A DNA stretch of 64,000 bases from Ilumatobacteraceae bacterium (GTDB lineage Bacteria > Actinomycetota > Acidimicrobiia > Acidimicrobiales > Ilumatobacteraceae). Shown piece after piece: positions 9,764 to 18,131 of this stretch. The notes under the pieces were generated by a model that searched no databases, was not told where the DNA came from, and saw nothing but the letters and a program-made list of their open reading frames with translations. Position 1 is the first letter of the stretch. Each line of letters starts with the position of its first letter. The position numbers were made by a program, and so were the translations under genes. The stretch lies in the NCBI GenBank assembly GCA_964203235.1, contig CAXNLE010000001.1:876069-940068 (forward strand), in the 5' to 3' direction.

Positions 9764-10093
9764 ATGACTGAGATGGGTACCGATTGGATTTCAGCATGCG
9801 ATGAATCATCAATTACTAAAAGTGACGTCGCGAGATTTGACCATCTTGACGGCACATATGCAGTAGTTCGCACGTCTGATGGCGTATGCGTTGTGATGGA
9901 TGGTCTTTGCACGCACGGCAAAGCACACTTGGCAGAAGGTTTCGTTGACGGCACAACAATTGAATGCCCGAAACATAACGGACGATTTAATGTTTTGACA
10001 GGAGAGCCAGTTGCTTCACCGGTGCGTGTTGCGACAAGAGTTTACGAAACTCGAGTCAACAACTCAAAAATTGAATTTCGGCTAGCTAAATAG
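9764..10093 (+). CDS. Rieske [2Fe-2S] ferredoxin (MocE-like)
   Basis: 109 aa with Rieske ligand motifs CTHGKAH and CPKHNGRF. It starts 4 nt after the desaturase-family gene. Confidence 0.8.
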   Translation: MTEMGTDWISACDESSITKSDVARFDHLDGTYAVVRTSDGVCVVMDGLCTHGKAHLAEGFVDGTTIECPKHNGRFNVLTGEPVASPVRVATRVYETRVNNSKIEFRLAK

Positions 10094-11165
10094 CCTTTGG
10101 TTTTGTTTCGCGACCAGTGCCAAGTTTGTAACCAGGTCGACCTGCTTGCGACCACTCGCCGACAAACTTAAAAAACTCGTCTCCAAATGGGTCCACTCCG
10201 GCTAGTGGCATATTGCCACGGCGAATGGTCCAGTCGAATGGCGCTAGCTCTTCAGCGCGAGCTAAATGCTTGCGCGAACCAATCTCATCCCTCGCGTCTC
10301 CGCGCTCCCGCAGTGCGATAGCGATACGTCTGTGCAAGCGAGCGTCTTGTAAATCTTGCGTAGGCGGTAACTGAAAATCACGAACCTGAGCATCATCTAA
10401 ATCGCGCGAATTATCAAGAACCCATGAGCGCAACAAGTTGTGGTGCACCTCAGAATCAACATGAGAAAACGATCTGAACAGATCGCTTCCTGGCGTACCG
10501 TCCGCAGGGCGCACTATTTTGTCATTTTCGTCGATCCAGATTGCAGCTGGCACATTTACTAATCCATACAAGTCAGCAACGATGTGGAACTTATCTATAA
10601 GCACTGGAAACGTGAGCGTTTGTTTTGTCGCCCATTCAACAACTGCCTTCTCATCTGCATCAAGTGCGACCGCGATTATCTGCAAACCAGAATCTTGCAA
10701 TTCGTTAGAGAGTTGCTGCCAGACCGGCAGCTCGTAACGGCAGCCTCACCAAGATGACCATGCGAGCAACAATCTCTTTCTTCTATTGAAATCGCTGAAC
10801 GAAACCTGTTTGCCATGAATATCTGGCAATCTAAAATCTGGTGCATTAAGTGTCGACATAGATTTGGCCCTAGCTGGTGCCAACTCGCCCAGTGCAGCGA
10901 CTTCGTACTCTCTATCAAACAGGAGACTTTGATTCGTTAACTTCGCAAAAACTGCTAAATCAATATTGACGCCGTCTGACAACTCATCAACATTGCGCAC
11001 GGGGTAACAGATATCACCCTTACATAAACCCTCGGGCTTTAAAACCCAGCCAGTTGCTTCTTCAAAATCTGTTGAAGCCAAATCAACTCGGCCTGATCTT
11101 TGAAAGACGTCAACTGATGACACGCCCCCATCGGCTTTAACAACTAACACTGCAACCATGGTCAA
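10086..11165 (-). CDS. thioredoxin-fold redoxin (TlpA/ResA/AhpC-TSA-like) with in-frame UGA at the CxxC position; candidate selenoprotein (alternative: pseudogene)
   Basis: Track ORFs 10746..11165 and 10086..10700 are in the same frame, separated only by TGA 10746..10748 and 15 sense codons. Read-through gives ..[11 protein letters not shown][UGA][26 protein letters not shown].., which puts UGA on the first Cys of the WCxxC motif. There are no other disruptions in the 1080 nt. Confidence 0.55.
10703..10739 (-). promoter_or_regulatory. SECIS-like stem-loop 3' of the in-frame UGA
   Basis: The RNA is CGUUACGAGCUGCCGGUCUGGCAGCAACUCUCUAACG. It folds into a 6-bp apical stem (GCUGCC/GGCAGC), a GGUCU loop (10721..10725), and lower pairings GA/UC and CGUUA/UAACG. 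The loop begins 20 nt after the UGA. Confidence 0.45.
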
Positions 11166-11264
11166 ACTCTAGCAAAAGAATGTTTTAAGATTGACAATAC
11201 GAAACACATACAGCAATTCAGAGATTAACTATCGTAAAATTTAGCGATAACTTAAGGCCCCTTT

Positions 11265-12566
11265 TTGAAAATTAGAAATATCTATTCAGCATTATTTATA
11301 GCGATTCTTAGTGCCTTACCGTGGATTTTGTTTACTACGAATACGAAATTGGCAACGTTCGCTCCTGTTTGCTTATTTATTGTTTTGTTAGTTAATGACC
11401 AACATTCATTTAGATATTCAAAAATTGTTTTTGTAACATCTCTTTCCATAATTGGTTTAATTTTGATTCGACTAGGTGTGGTTGCACAGGGTTCACAGAG
11501 CTATCGCGTACCTAGTCGGGCACTTCTAATATCAGTGTTACCGATTATTTTTCTAACAACACATAGACGAAAACTCCGCAATTTGATTGCCATTAATTTC
11601 ATTATTTTAATACTCGGACTTGTCGCAATTGAGAGCACCCTAAGACTCATTAATCCAAAAGTAAACGAACAAGCAAAATGGTCCGAAATTAAAACCCAGT
11701 TTGATGAGGCCCCGACGCCAGAACCCAACCCAGACGTATCGGATAGTGACCGTGGTCGTTTGACCACCGACCAACCAATTACAGCGGAAAACAGAATTCT
11801 CTTCTACGGCGGTTCCACCACATTCAACGGTGAGGTGTCAAACACTTTCACATATGCATCCATGACACAAAGATTATTGAACGAAAATGGCATGAATTTC
11901 GTTGTTGAAAATCGTGGTGTAATTGGAGCATCAGTCCAAGATTTAACACCATGGTTTCTGAATTCAGAAGGCGACGACCAGGTTGCGCAAGGCTTGTATC
12001 GCAATCAGATCCGGCCACGCATTAAAAAAGGTGACGTCGTAGTCTTTTACATTGGCGTTAATGAAGCCAAAAATACGATGCAATATCGCAACCCGATTAC
12101 TCGCCTCTCTTACAGATTCAAGAATTTCGCAGCCGCGAGCGATTGGCTTTTTAAGAAGACAGATATCGGGTACGTGCTCAATAATTTACTTTCGCTCGGG
12201 CAATATTCGGTGAATGAAGAGTATTTATTAGAGATTAAATACGACTTAGAACGAATAAATTTATTCGTGTCAAATCGTGGTGGAGTTTTTATCCCAGTAT
12301 TGCAACCACATGCATTCACGCGTTCAGATCCGTTACCGTACGAAGAAGCAATCCGGAAATCTATGGGTACATTTCCAGCAGCAGTTGACTCGATATATCC
12401 ACGGCTTGCCGAAATCGTACTATCCTTTGATAATTCAGCAGACGGACGTAAAATTTTTGACCAACTGGAAACATCTCCGTTCATTGATTGGTGCCATGTT
12501 GGAGAACTTGGCAATCGGAGAGTTTCCGAGTTTATGTTTCAAGTCATTAAGCAGAATTCAAAATAA
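11265..12566 (+). CDS. membrane-anchored SGNH/GDSL-like hydrolase or acyl-esterase (tentative)
   Basis: 433 aa with a TTG start. It has about 4 N-terminal TM helices followed by a soluble domain with RILFYGGSTTFNG (SGNH block-I-like) and VVFYIGVNEA. The region looks AT-rich by eye. Confidence 0.4.
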   Translation: MKIRNIYSALFIAILSALPWILFTTNTKLATFAPVCLFIVLLVNDQHSFRYSKIVFVTSLSIIGLILIRLGVVAQGSQSYRVPSRALLISVLPIIFLTTHRRKLRNLIAINFIILILGLVAIESTLRLINPKVNEQAKWSEIKTQFDEAPTPEPNPDVSDSDRGRLTTDQPITAENRILFYGGSTTFNGEVSNTFTYASMTQRLLNENGMNFVVENRGVIGASVQDLTPWFLNSEGDDQVAQGLYRNQIRPRIKKGDVVVFYIGVNEAKNTMQYRNPITRLSYRFKNFAAASDWLFKKTDIGYVLNNLLSLGQYSVNEEYLLEIKYDLERINLFVSNRGGVFIPVLQPHAFTRSDPLPYEEAIRKSMGTFPAAVDSIYPRLAEIVLSFDNSADGRKIFDQLETSPFIDWCHVGELGNRRVSEFMFQVIKQNSK

Positions 12567-12589
12567 TATGTCCAACAAAGGATCTAACC

Positions 12590-13366
12590 ATGACTAATAA
12601 GACAGCAAAAGTAGTTTTAATAACCGGGGCAGGATCAGGTTTCGGCAAAGGTACTTCAGTAGCGCTTGCGACGCGGGGCCATAAAGTGATAGCCACTACG
12701 GAAACTGAGGCTCAGGCTGAAGCTTTGCGAACAGAGCATCCTCAATTACAAGTTGAGAAACTAGACATCACTTCAGGCGTCGATATTGCTAAAGCAGCAA
12801 AATTTGATGTCGAAGTTCTAATCAATAATGCCGGGGCTGGACAAACTGGCCCGATGGCTGACGTACCAATGGATCGTGTGCGACACTTATTTGAAGTCAA
12901 TGTTTTTGGTACTCTCGCTGTGACTCAAGCGGTCTTACCGAAAATGGCGGTCCAAAAGACTGGACGAATTATCATTGTTTCTTCAATAGGAGGCGTAATC
13001 GCGGGACCATCATTTGGTCCATATGCCATGACCAAACACGCGCTAGAAGCCATGGGCAAATCAATGCGGGCTGAACTCGCCACAAGCGGTATCGATGTGA
13101 CTTTGATTAATCCTGGACCATATAACACTGGTTTCAATGACCGCATGGCGGCATCAATGTGGGAGTGGTTTGGTGACAAAGCAATTAGTGCGCCTGCGAC
13201 AGATTTGCTTCGAGCAATCGGTTCTATGGTGACGACGAATCAGATGGATCCAATTGATGTTGTTAATCGCCTTGTTGAACTCGTGGAAGCCGATACCACG
13301 ACTGAAAATAACTTCATGCCACCTGAAATTCGTGATTTAGTAAAGGCACAAATCAACGCTGGCTGA
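12590..13366 (+). CDS. short-chain dehydrogenase/reductase (SDR)
   Basis: 258 aa with TGAGSGFG cofactor motif, NNAG, and a YxxxK catalytic pair (YAMTKHA). Confidence 0.85.
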   Translation: MTNKTAKVVLITGAGSGFGKGTSVALATRGHKVIATTETEAQAEALRTEHPQLQVEKLDITSGVDIAKAAKFDVEVLINNAGAGQTGPMADVPMDRVRHLFEVNVFGTLAVTQAVLPKMAVQKTGRIIIVSSIGGVIAGPSFGPYAMTKHALEAMGKSMRAELATSGIDVTLINPGPYNTGFNDRMAASMWEWFGDKAISAPATDLLRAIGSMVTTNQMDPIDVVNRLVELVEADTTTENNFMPPEIRDLVKAQINAG

Positions 13367-13375
13367 ATTACTGTT

Positions 13376-14788
13376 TTACCAGTCACCAAGCATTTCTTCC
13401 AATCGTTCAACATATTGATATGGCGACAGTTCAAGAATGCTTTTTCCATATGGTTCAATATCAAATAACCCCGCCTTATACAAATTCTGAGCAAAGCAAA
13501 AATTTGACAGCGGATCATGACCAGCAAACGAGGATGTGATCTCAACTTTCGGATACCTCACATGAGTTCCTAAAAGGAAACCATCACCGATCTTCCATCC
13601 AGCCCTCTCATAAAAAGATTTCATTCCAGTGTTATAGGGCTCAACTTCCGAATAAAAATCGTATCCAAAAATTTTCAAAGACGACGGAGATTGTCTTATT
13701 AAACTTGTAAGCAGTCGCAGGCCACTCGTGACATTCGTTCGATACATTGGTAAATCTTGATTTTCTGAAAAAACCGGGGTATTTCTGACAGCAGATGAAT
13801 CTTCCTCTCCAGTAACAATCAAACGTAGGTCATCAAAATATTCATAAGAAGACAAGTTTGCCAAATCTCTTAGAGGATTTAAGCCCGGATACTGAGAGAT
13901 ATCACATCGTTTACCGAAGAGTCGTTGGTCAATCAAATATTCCGATCCAGGATATTTGATACGGGCAACGATGTCGGCTGAATCAATTTCCTCCCCATAC
14001 TCGCCATGCGCTACACCTGGTCCTACTAAGACTACTTGCTTTCCCCTGACCAGTTCATCAAATAAACGGACTGACCCGTTGTTTTCTGATTTTTTAGTAA
14101 GAGAATTCTCTACAAGGTGCCCCTCAAACCAATTCAGCGTTTCACGAAACGAACGTTGACTTTTTGAATTCTGATCAGTATTTTGCATTAGCCAATTTCT
14201 AACAAAATCAAAATTCCGGCGCTCTAGTTGTGCTTCAATCATGCGATTGACAACTGTGACACTAGGAACTGAGTTCAAACCTTCAGCGATCGAAAGATCC
14301 AGTGAATTTTCCCGAGCAAACCACGCCGCACGAAAATACCCTAGAGAAAAAAGGCCGCGAGAGAGCTGATACCAACTCGTGGCATCGAAAGTCGTGGGTA
14401 CAAGATTTTGTGTAGCAATTAATATTGAAGAAGATGTAGAAACACGATCACTTGGGTCTTGAATTGTCGCAGAAATCGCACTGCGCAATAACCTTTTATA
14501 ACCATTTGGGAAATTCGACTCAAGAAGCCCAGTAGCGACACCAAAAAGTCGTTTGCATTTCAGTGCCTTGTTAGCTCCGTAGGCTCTGTTAGAAAGGTCA
14601 AAATATTTATACGACTCTCTTTTCAATCTGTAATCAGATCTGATTAAAAGATACCTAAGAATCCAAACTGAAACAGACGCGGGCAAATAGTTGAAAACAA
14701 CTGATCGATTAATAAGAGGACGAGTTTTCGGTGGCCACTTTGAATACTTTTTCTTGAGTTTGGCGATTTCTTTTGAATTTGAACTCAC
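13376..14788 (-). CDS. hypothetical protein with GT29 (sialyltransferase)-like L and S sialylmotifs
   Basis: 470 aa. VVLVGPGVAHGEYGEEIDSADIVARIK resembles sialylmotif L (..VVGNSG..YGxEIDSHDFVxRxN). TNVTSGLRLLTSLIRQSPSSLKIFGYDFY resembles sialylmotif S (PSTGxxxxxxxLxxCDxVxxYGF). Confidence 0.45.
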   Translation of the reverse strand: MSSNSKEIAKLKKKYSKWPPKTRPLINRSVVFNYLPASVSVWILRYLLIRSDYRLKRESYKYFDLSNRAYGANKALKCKRLFGVATGLLESNFPNGYKRLLRSAISATIQDPSDRVSTSSSILIATQNLVPTTFDATSWYQLSRGLFSLGYFRAAWFARENSLDLSIAEGLNSVPSVTVVNRMIEAQLERRNFDFVRNWLMQNTDQNSKSQRSFRETLNWFEGHLVENSLTKKSENNGSVRLFDELVRGKQVVLVGPGVAHGEYGEEIDSADIVARIKYPGSEYLIDQRLFGKRCDISQYPGLNPLRDLANLSSYEYFDDLRLIVTGEEDSSAVRNTPVFSENQDLPMYRTNVTSGLRLLTSLIRQSPSSLKIFGYDFYSEVEPYNTGMKSFYERAGWKIGDGFLLGTHVRYPKVEITSSFAGHDPLSNFCFAQNLYKAGLFDIEPYGKSILELSPYQYVERLEEMLGDW

Positions 14789-14874
14789 GAGCGAAAGTCT
14801 AGAAGTCTATTAAAGGGTAAAATTAGCTTTAGCCAATAAGAAATAGCTATAGGACTGGGTGCTAATCTGAGGGC

Positions 14875-15300
14875 GTGTCAAATGCGCTTGGATTAGATAA
14901 AAATATTAAAACGAGCACCGCTACTGACCGCAGTTTTGGTGTCATGTTCGGCTGCATATTTGTCATCATTGCAGCGTTGCTGCGACTTCGCGATGAGCCA
15001 CAGAAAGTACAGTTTTTACTTCTCGCACTGAGTTTTCTAACTTTTTTGGTTTCGTTTACCCAACCGAGATTGCTTAGCACACCAAACAAATTATGGATGA
15101 AGTTCAGCCTGTTGTTGGCTCGATTTATAAGCCCAATCATTCTCGGGGTGTTGTTTTTTATCCTAATCTCCCCATTGGCACTCGCCCTGCGACTATTTGG
15201 TCGAGACGAATTGCGCCTCAAAACCAAGAATCTCGCAACTAACTGGCAAAGCCGAAAAATCGACGGTTATTCATTAGACTCTTTCAAGAATCAATACTAA
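14875..15300 (+). CDS. SxtJ-family small membrane protein
   Basis: 141 aa with a GTG start. TDRSFGVMFGCIF..NKLWMKFSLLLARFISPIILGVLFFILISPLALALRLFGRDELRL matches my memory of the SxtJ family. It lies upstream of a carbamoyltransferase, as in that family. Confidence 0.65.
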   Translation: MSNALGLDKNIKTSTATDRSFGVMFGCIFVIIAALLRLRDEPQKVQFLLLALSFLTFLVSFTQPRLLSTPNKLWMKFSLLLARFISPIILGVLFFILISPLALALRLFGRDELRLKTKNLATNWQSRKIDGYSLDSFKNQY

Positions 15301-15317
15301 AAATCTCGAGGGATCCG

Positions 15318-15467
15318 ATGTCATTCGTTAAAGAGTTTCTTAAATTTCTTAAGCACAATAAAAAACTCTGGCTTGCACCAGTTCTTTTGGTTTTGATAAT
15401 AATCGGTGGGTTGTTAGTGCTGGCACAGTCTTCGCCGCTTGCACCGTTTATCTACGTCCTGTTCTAG
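15318..15467 (+). CDS. DUF5989 (SxtK-like) 49-aa membrane peptide; not in the supplied ORF track
   Basis: Own translation: MSFVKEFLKFLKHNKKLWLAPVLLVLIIIGGLLVLAQSSPLAPFIYVLF. Its stop TAG abuts the ATG of the carbamoyltransferase. The KK(L/F)WL..P..LVL...GGLLVL..S...PFIY(T/V)LF pattern is typical of this family. Confidence 0.7.
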   Translation: MSFVKEFLKFLKHNKKLWLAPVLLVLIIIGGLLVLAQSSPLAPFIYVLF

Positions 15468-17294
15468 ATGACAGCAATCCTCGGTATTTCGGGCTACTAC
15501 CACGATTCGGCGGCTTGCCTTGTTGTTGATGGCGAGATCAAATCTGCCGTTCAAGAGGAGCGGTTCACTCGCGTAAGACATGACGCAGACTTCCCTACCA
15601 ATGCAGTCAAATATTGCATCGCATCATCAGGATTGAAACCTGAGCAAATTGATCACGTTGTATTTTACGACAAACCATTTCTGAAGTTTGATCGAATTCT
15701 TGAGACGTATTTGGCTTTTGCACCAAAAGGCTTTCGATCTTTTTCGCGCTCGCTACCCGTGTGGTTAAAAGAGAAGTTGTTTCAAAAGCAGGTCATCGCA
15801 AACGCGCTCGAGCCGATATTCGGCGACCTCGGTGATCGACTCCTCTTCTCTGAACATCACTTGAGTCACGCAGCAAGTGCGTTTTTTCCGTCACCGTTTA
15901 AGGATGCAGCCGTACTCACCATGGATGGTGTTGGCGAGTGGGTCACAACTTCCACCAGTATTGGTCGCGGAAATCATCTTGAGACTCTCAACGAAATTCA
16001 TTTTCCGCACTCACTCGGGCTTTTATACTCAGCATTCACCTATTACACGGGATTCAAAGTTAATTCAGGCGAATATAAAGTCATGGGACTAGCGCCCTAC
16101 GGCGAGCCAAAATATACCGACATTATTCGCGAGAACTTAATCAACATCAGTGATGACGGTTCGTTCTCATTGAACATGCAATATTTCAACTACTGCACTG
16201 GCTTGACGATGACCAATTCGAAATTCGCTGATCTATTCGGTGCTCCGGCACGTGGTTTTAACGATGAACTAACTCAACGCGAAATGGATCTTGCGGCGTC
16301 GGTACAGAAAATAGTAGAAGAAGTGATGCTTAAAATCTCGCGAAGTATTCGCAACGAAACAGGCATGCGCAATTTGTGTTTGGCAGGTGGTGTCGCCCTT
16401 AACTGTGTCGCCAACGGCGTGTTGCATCGTGAAAACATCTTCGACAATATTTGGATACAACCTGCTGCTGGAGACTCTGGTGGCGCGGTTGGTGCAGCAC
16501 TTGCCGTTTATCACCTCGGTCTTGGCCGAGAGCGAGTTTTGAAACCCAACACGGATGCGATGAGTGGATCTTTTCTCGGACCCGAATATTCGCAAAGTGA
16601 GATCGCAACTCGACTCAATGCCTCGGGTGCGATATTTAAAGAGCTGACCGACGAAGAAATTGCAACTAGTACTGCGACTTCACTTGCTGCGGGCAAATCA
16701 GTTGGATGGCATCAAGGCCGTATGGAGTTTGGTCCACGAGCATTAGGTTCGCGTTCAATCTTGGCAGATCCACGATCACCTACTGTACAAAAGAGACTTA
16801 ATCTTCAAGTAAAGAAGCGCGAATCATTTCGTCCATTTGCACCAAGTGTGCTTCGTGAAGATGTCTCAGAATGGTTCGACCTTACAACCGATAGCCCGTA
16901 CATGTTGTTGGTCACTGGGGTTGCATCGTCAAAACTCATTGCAACGTCACTTGCCGATAGTGACAAAACGGGAATTGCACGGTTAGAGGTACAACGATCG
17001 GTTGTTCCAGCCGTGACTCATGTCGATAACTCAGCGCGAGTTCATACAGTTGCACGCGATGTAAACCCCCGCTATCACGCTTTGCTAACAGAGTTCAAAT
17101 CTCAAACTGGTTGCCCAGTACTGGTTAATACCTCATTTAATGTTCGAGGAGAACCGATAGTAGAAACACCTGAAGACGCTTTTCGATGCTTTATGCGAAC
17201 CGATATAGAAGTTTTGGTTGTCGGAAATTGCTTTCTACTGAAGTCAGAACAACCTCAGCATTTGATTGACAATACAACTTTTGAATTGGATTAG
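15468..17294 (+). CDS. carbamoyltransferase (NodU/CmcH family)
   Basis: 608 aa. ILGISGYYHDSAACLV.., EERFTR and a C-terminal YrdC/Kae1-like arrangement are typical of NodU/CmcH O-carbamoyltransferases. Confidence 0.9.
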   Translation: MTAILGISGYYHDSAACLVVDGEIKSAVQEERFTRVRHDADFPTNAVKYCIASSGLKPEQIDHVVFYDKPFLKFDRILETYLAFAPKGFRSFSRSLPVWLKEKLFQKQVIANALEPIFGDLGDRLLFSEHHLSHAASAFFPSPFKDAAVLTMDGVGEWVTTSTSIGRGNHLETLNEIHFPHSLGLLYSAFTYYTGFKVNSGEYKVMGLAPYGEPKYTDIIRENLINISDDGSFSLNMQYFNYCTGLTMTNSKFADLFGAPARGFNDELTQREMDLAASVQKIVEEVMLKISRSIRNETGMRNLCLAGGVALNCVANGVLHRENIFDNIWIQPAAGDSGGAVGAALAVYHLGLGRERVLKPNTDAMSGSFLGPEYSQSEIATRLNASGAIFKELTDEEIATSTATSLAAGKSVGWHQGRMEFGPRALGSRSILADPRSPTVQKRLNLQVKKRESFRPFAPSVLREDVSEWFDLTTDSPYMLLVTGVASSKLIATSLADSDKTGIARLEVQRSVVPAVTHVDNSARVHTVARDVNPRYHALLTEFKSQTGCPVLVNTSFNVRGEPIVETPEDAFRCFMRTDIEVLVVGNCFLLKSEQPQHLIDNTTFELD

Positions 17295-17303
17295 TCTTTT
17301 CGA

Positions 17304-17924
17304 ATGATTACAAAGTTTGATAAGAACTCTTGTCTGTTATTGATTGACGTACAGGTCGGTGTTGATGTGCTTTCGCACTGGGGAGGACCGACTGGCAGGC
17401 GCAACAACCACGATGCCGAAACTAAAATGTTGAAGTTGTTGGCTGCGTGGCGCAAGGCTAATCTGCAGGTCGCATTCACTCGTCATGACTCACGAGAGGC
17501 AGCGTCACCATTAAAATTCTCACTTTCAACTGGGGCGCAAAAACCCGGCTTTGAACCAAACCAATTAGACATAGTTGTCGAAAAAGACGTGAACAGTGGT
17601 TTCATCGGCACGTCGCTAGAGGTGCAACTCCGTCGAGCAAAAATCTCGCGTTTAATAGTCGTTGGATTTTTTACAAATTTTTGCGTTGAGACGACAACGC
17701 GAATGGCAGGAAACCTCGGATTTGATACTTATCTAGTTGACGATTGCTGTTCAACTTCAAATCGTGTCGGCCCAGACGGCATCGACCGAGACCCCGAGTT
17801 AGTGCACGCGATGACGGTTGCCAACCTACACGGAGAATTCTGCACCGCAATAACATACGACGATGCAATATCTTTAATAACCGCAGACAATTCAGCGCTT
17901 ACTCGCTGCCAAGGCAACGAATAG
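17304..17924 (+). CDS. isochorismatase-family cysteine hydrolase
   Basis: 206 aa. LLLIDVQ near the N-terminus and VVGFFTNFCVETT (catalytic Cys context) are typical of the family. Confidence 0.8.
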   Translation: MITKFDKNSCLLLIDVQVGVDVLSHWGGPTGRRNNHDAETKMLKLLAAWRKANLQVAFTRHDSREAASPLKFSLSTGAQKPGFEPNQLDIVVEKDVNSGFIGTSLEVQLRRAKISRLIVVGFFTNFCVETTTRMAGNLGFDTYLVDDCCSTSNRVGPDGIDRDPELVHAMTVANLHGEFCTAITYDDAISLITADNSALTRCQGNE

Positions 17925-17949
17925 TAACTAGTTTTAACTAGTTTTTAAA

Positions 17950-18051
17950 TCAGCTCTTCTTCTTTTCTTGTTTCTTCAAACGCTTCTCTTTGAGTGAGAG
18001 TTTTGCTGCTTTTTTATTATTTGGATTACTCTTTTGTTCTTTATTAGCCAT
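17950..18051 (-). CDS. possible 33-aa lysine-rich small protein (not in track)
   Basis: Own translation: MANKEQKSNPNNKKAAKLSLKEKRLKKQEKKKS. It is preceded by AGGGAGAAACAGTC-ATG (good Shine-Dalgarno spacing) and lies downstream of the PhyH/SDR genes on the same strand. Confidence 0.3.
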   Translation of the reverse strand: MANKEQKSNPNNKKAAKLSLKEKRLKKQEKKKS

Positions 18052-18131
18052 GACTGTTTCTCCCTATTTTTGTAATCAATTAGTTTAATAAATAACTCAC
18101 TAACCATCTAGAGATTAGTCGCTAACACGAC

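Noticed and set aside
10086-10093. Convergent stop-region overlaps (Rieske gene vs redoxin at 10086..10093; PLP enzyme vs rpmG sharing TTAA at 32600..32603) as possible regulatory antisense arrangements.
   Set aside because: They are consistent with the general genome compaction seen throughout the window (many 1-4 nt overlaps). No associated structure or motif was seen.
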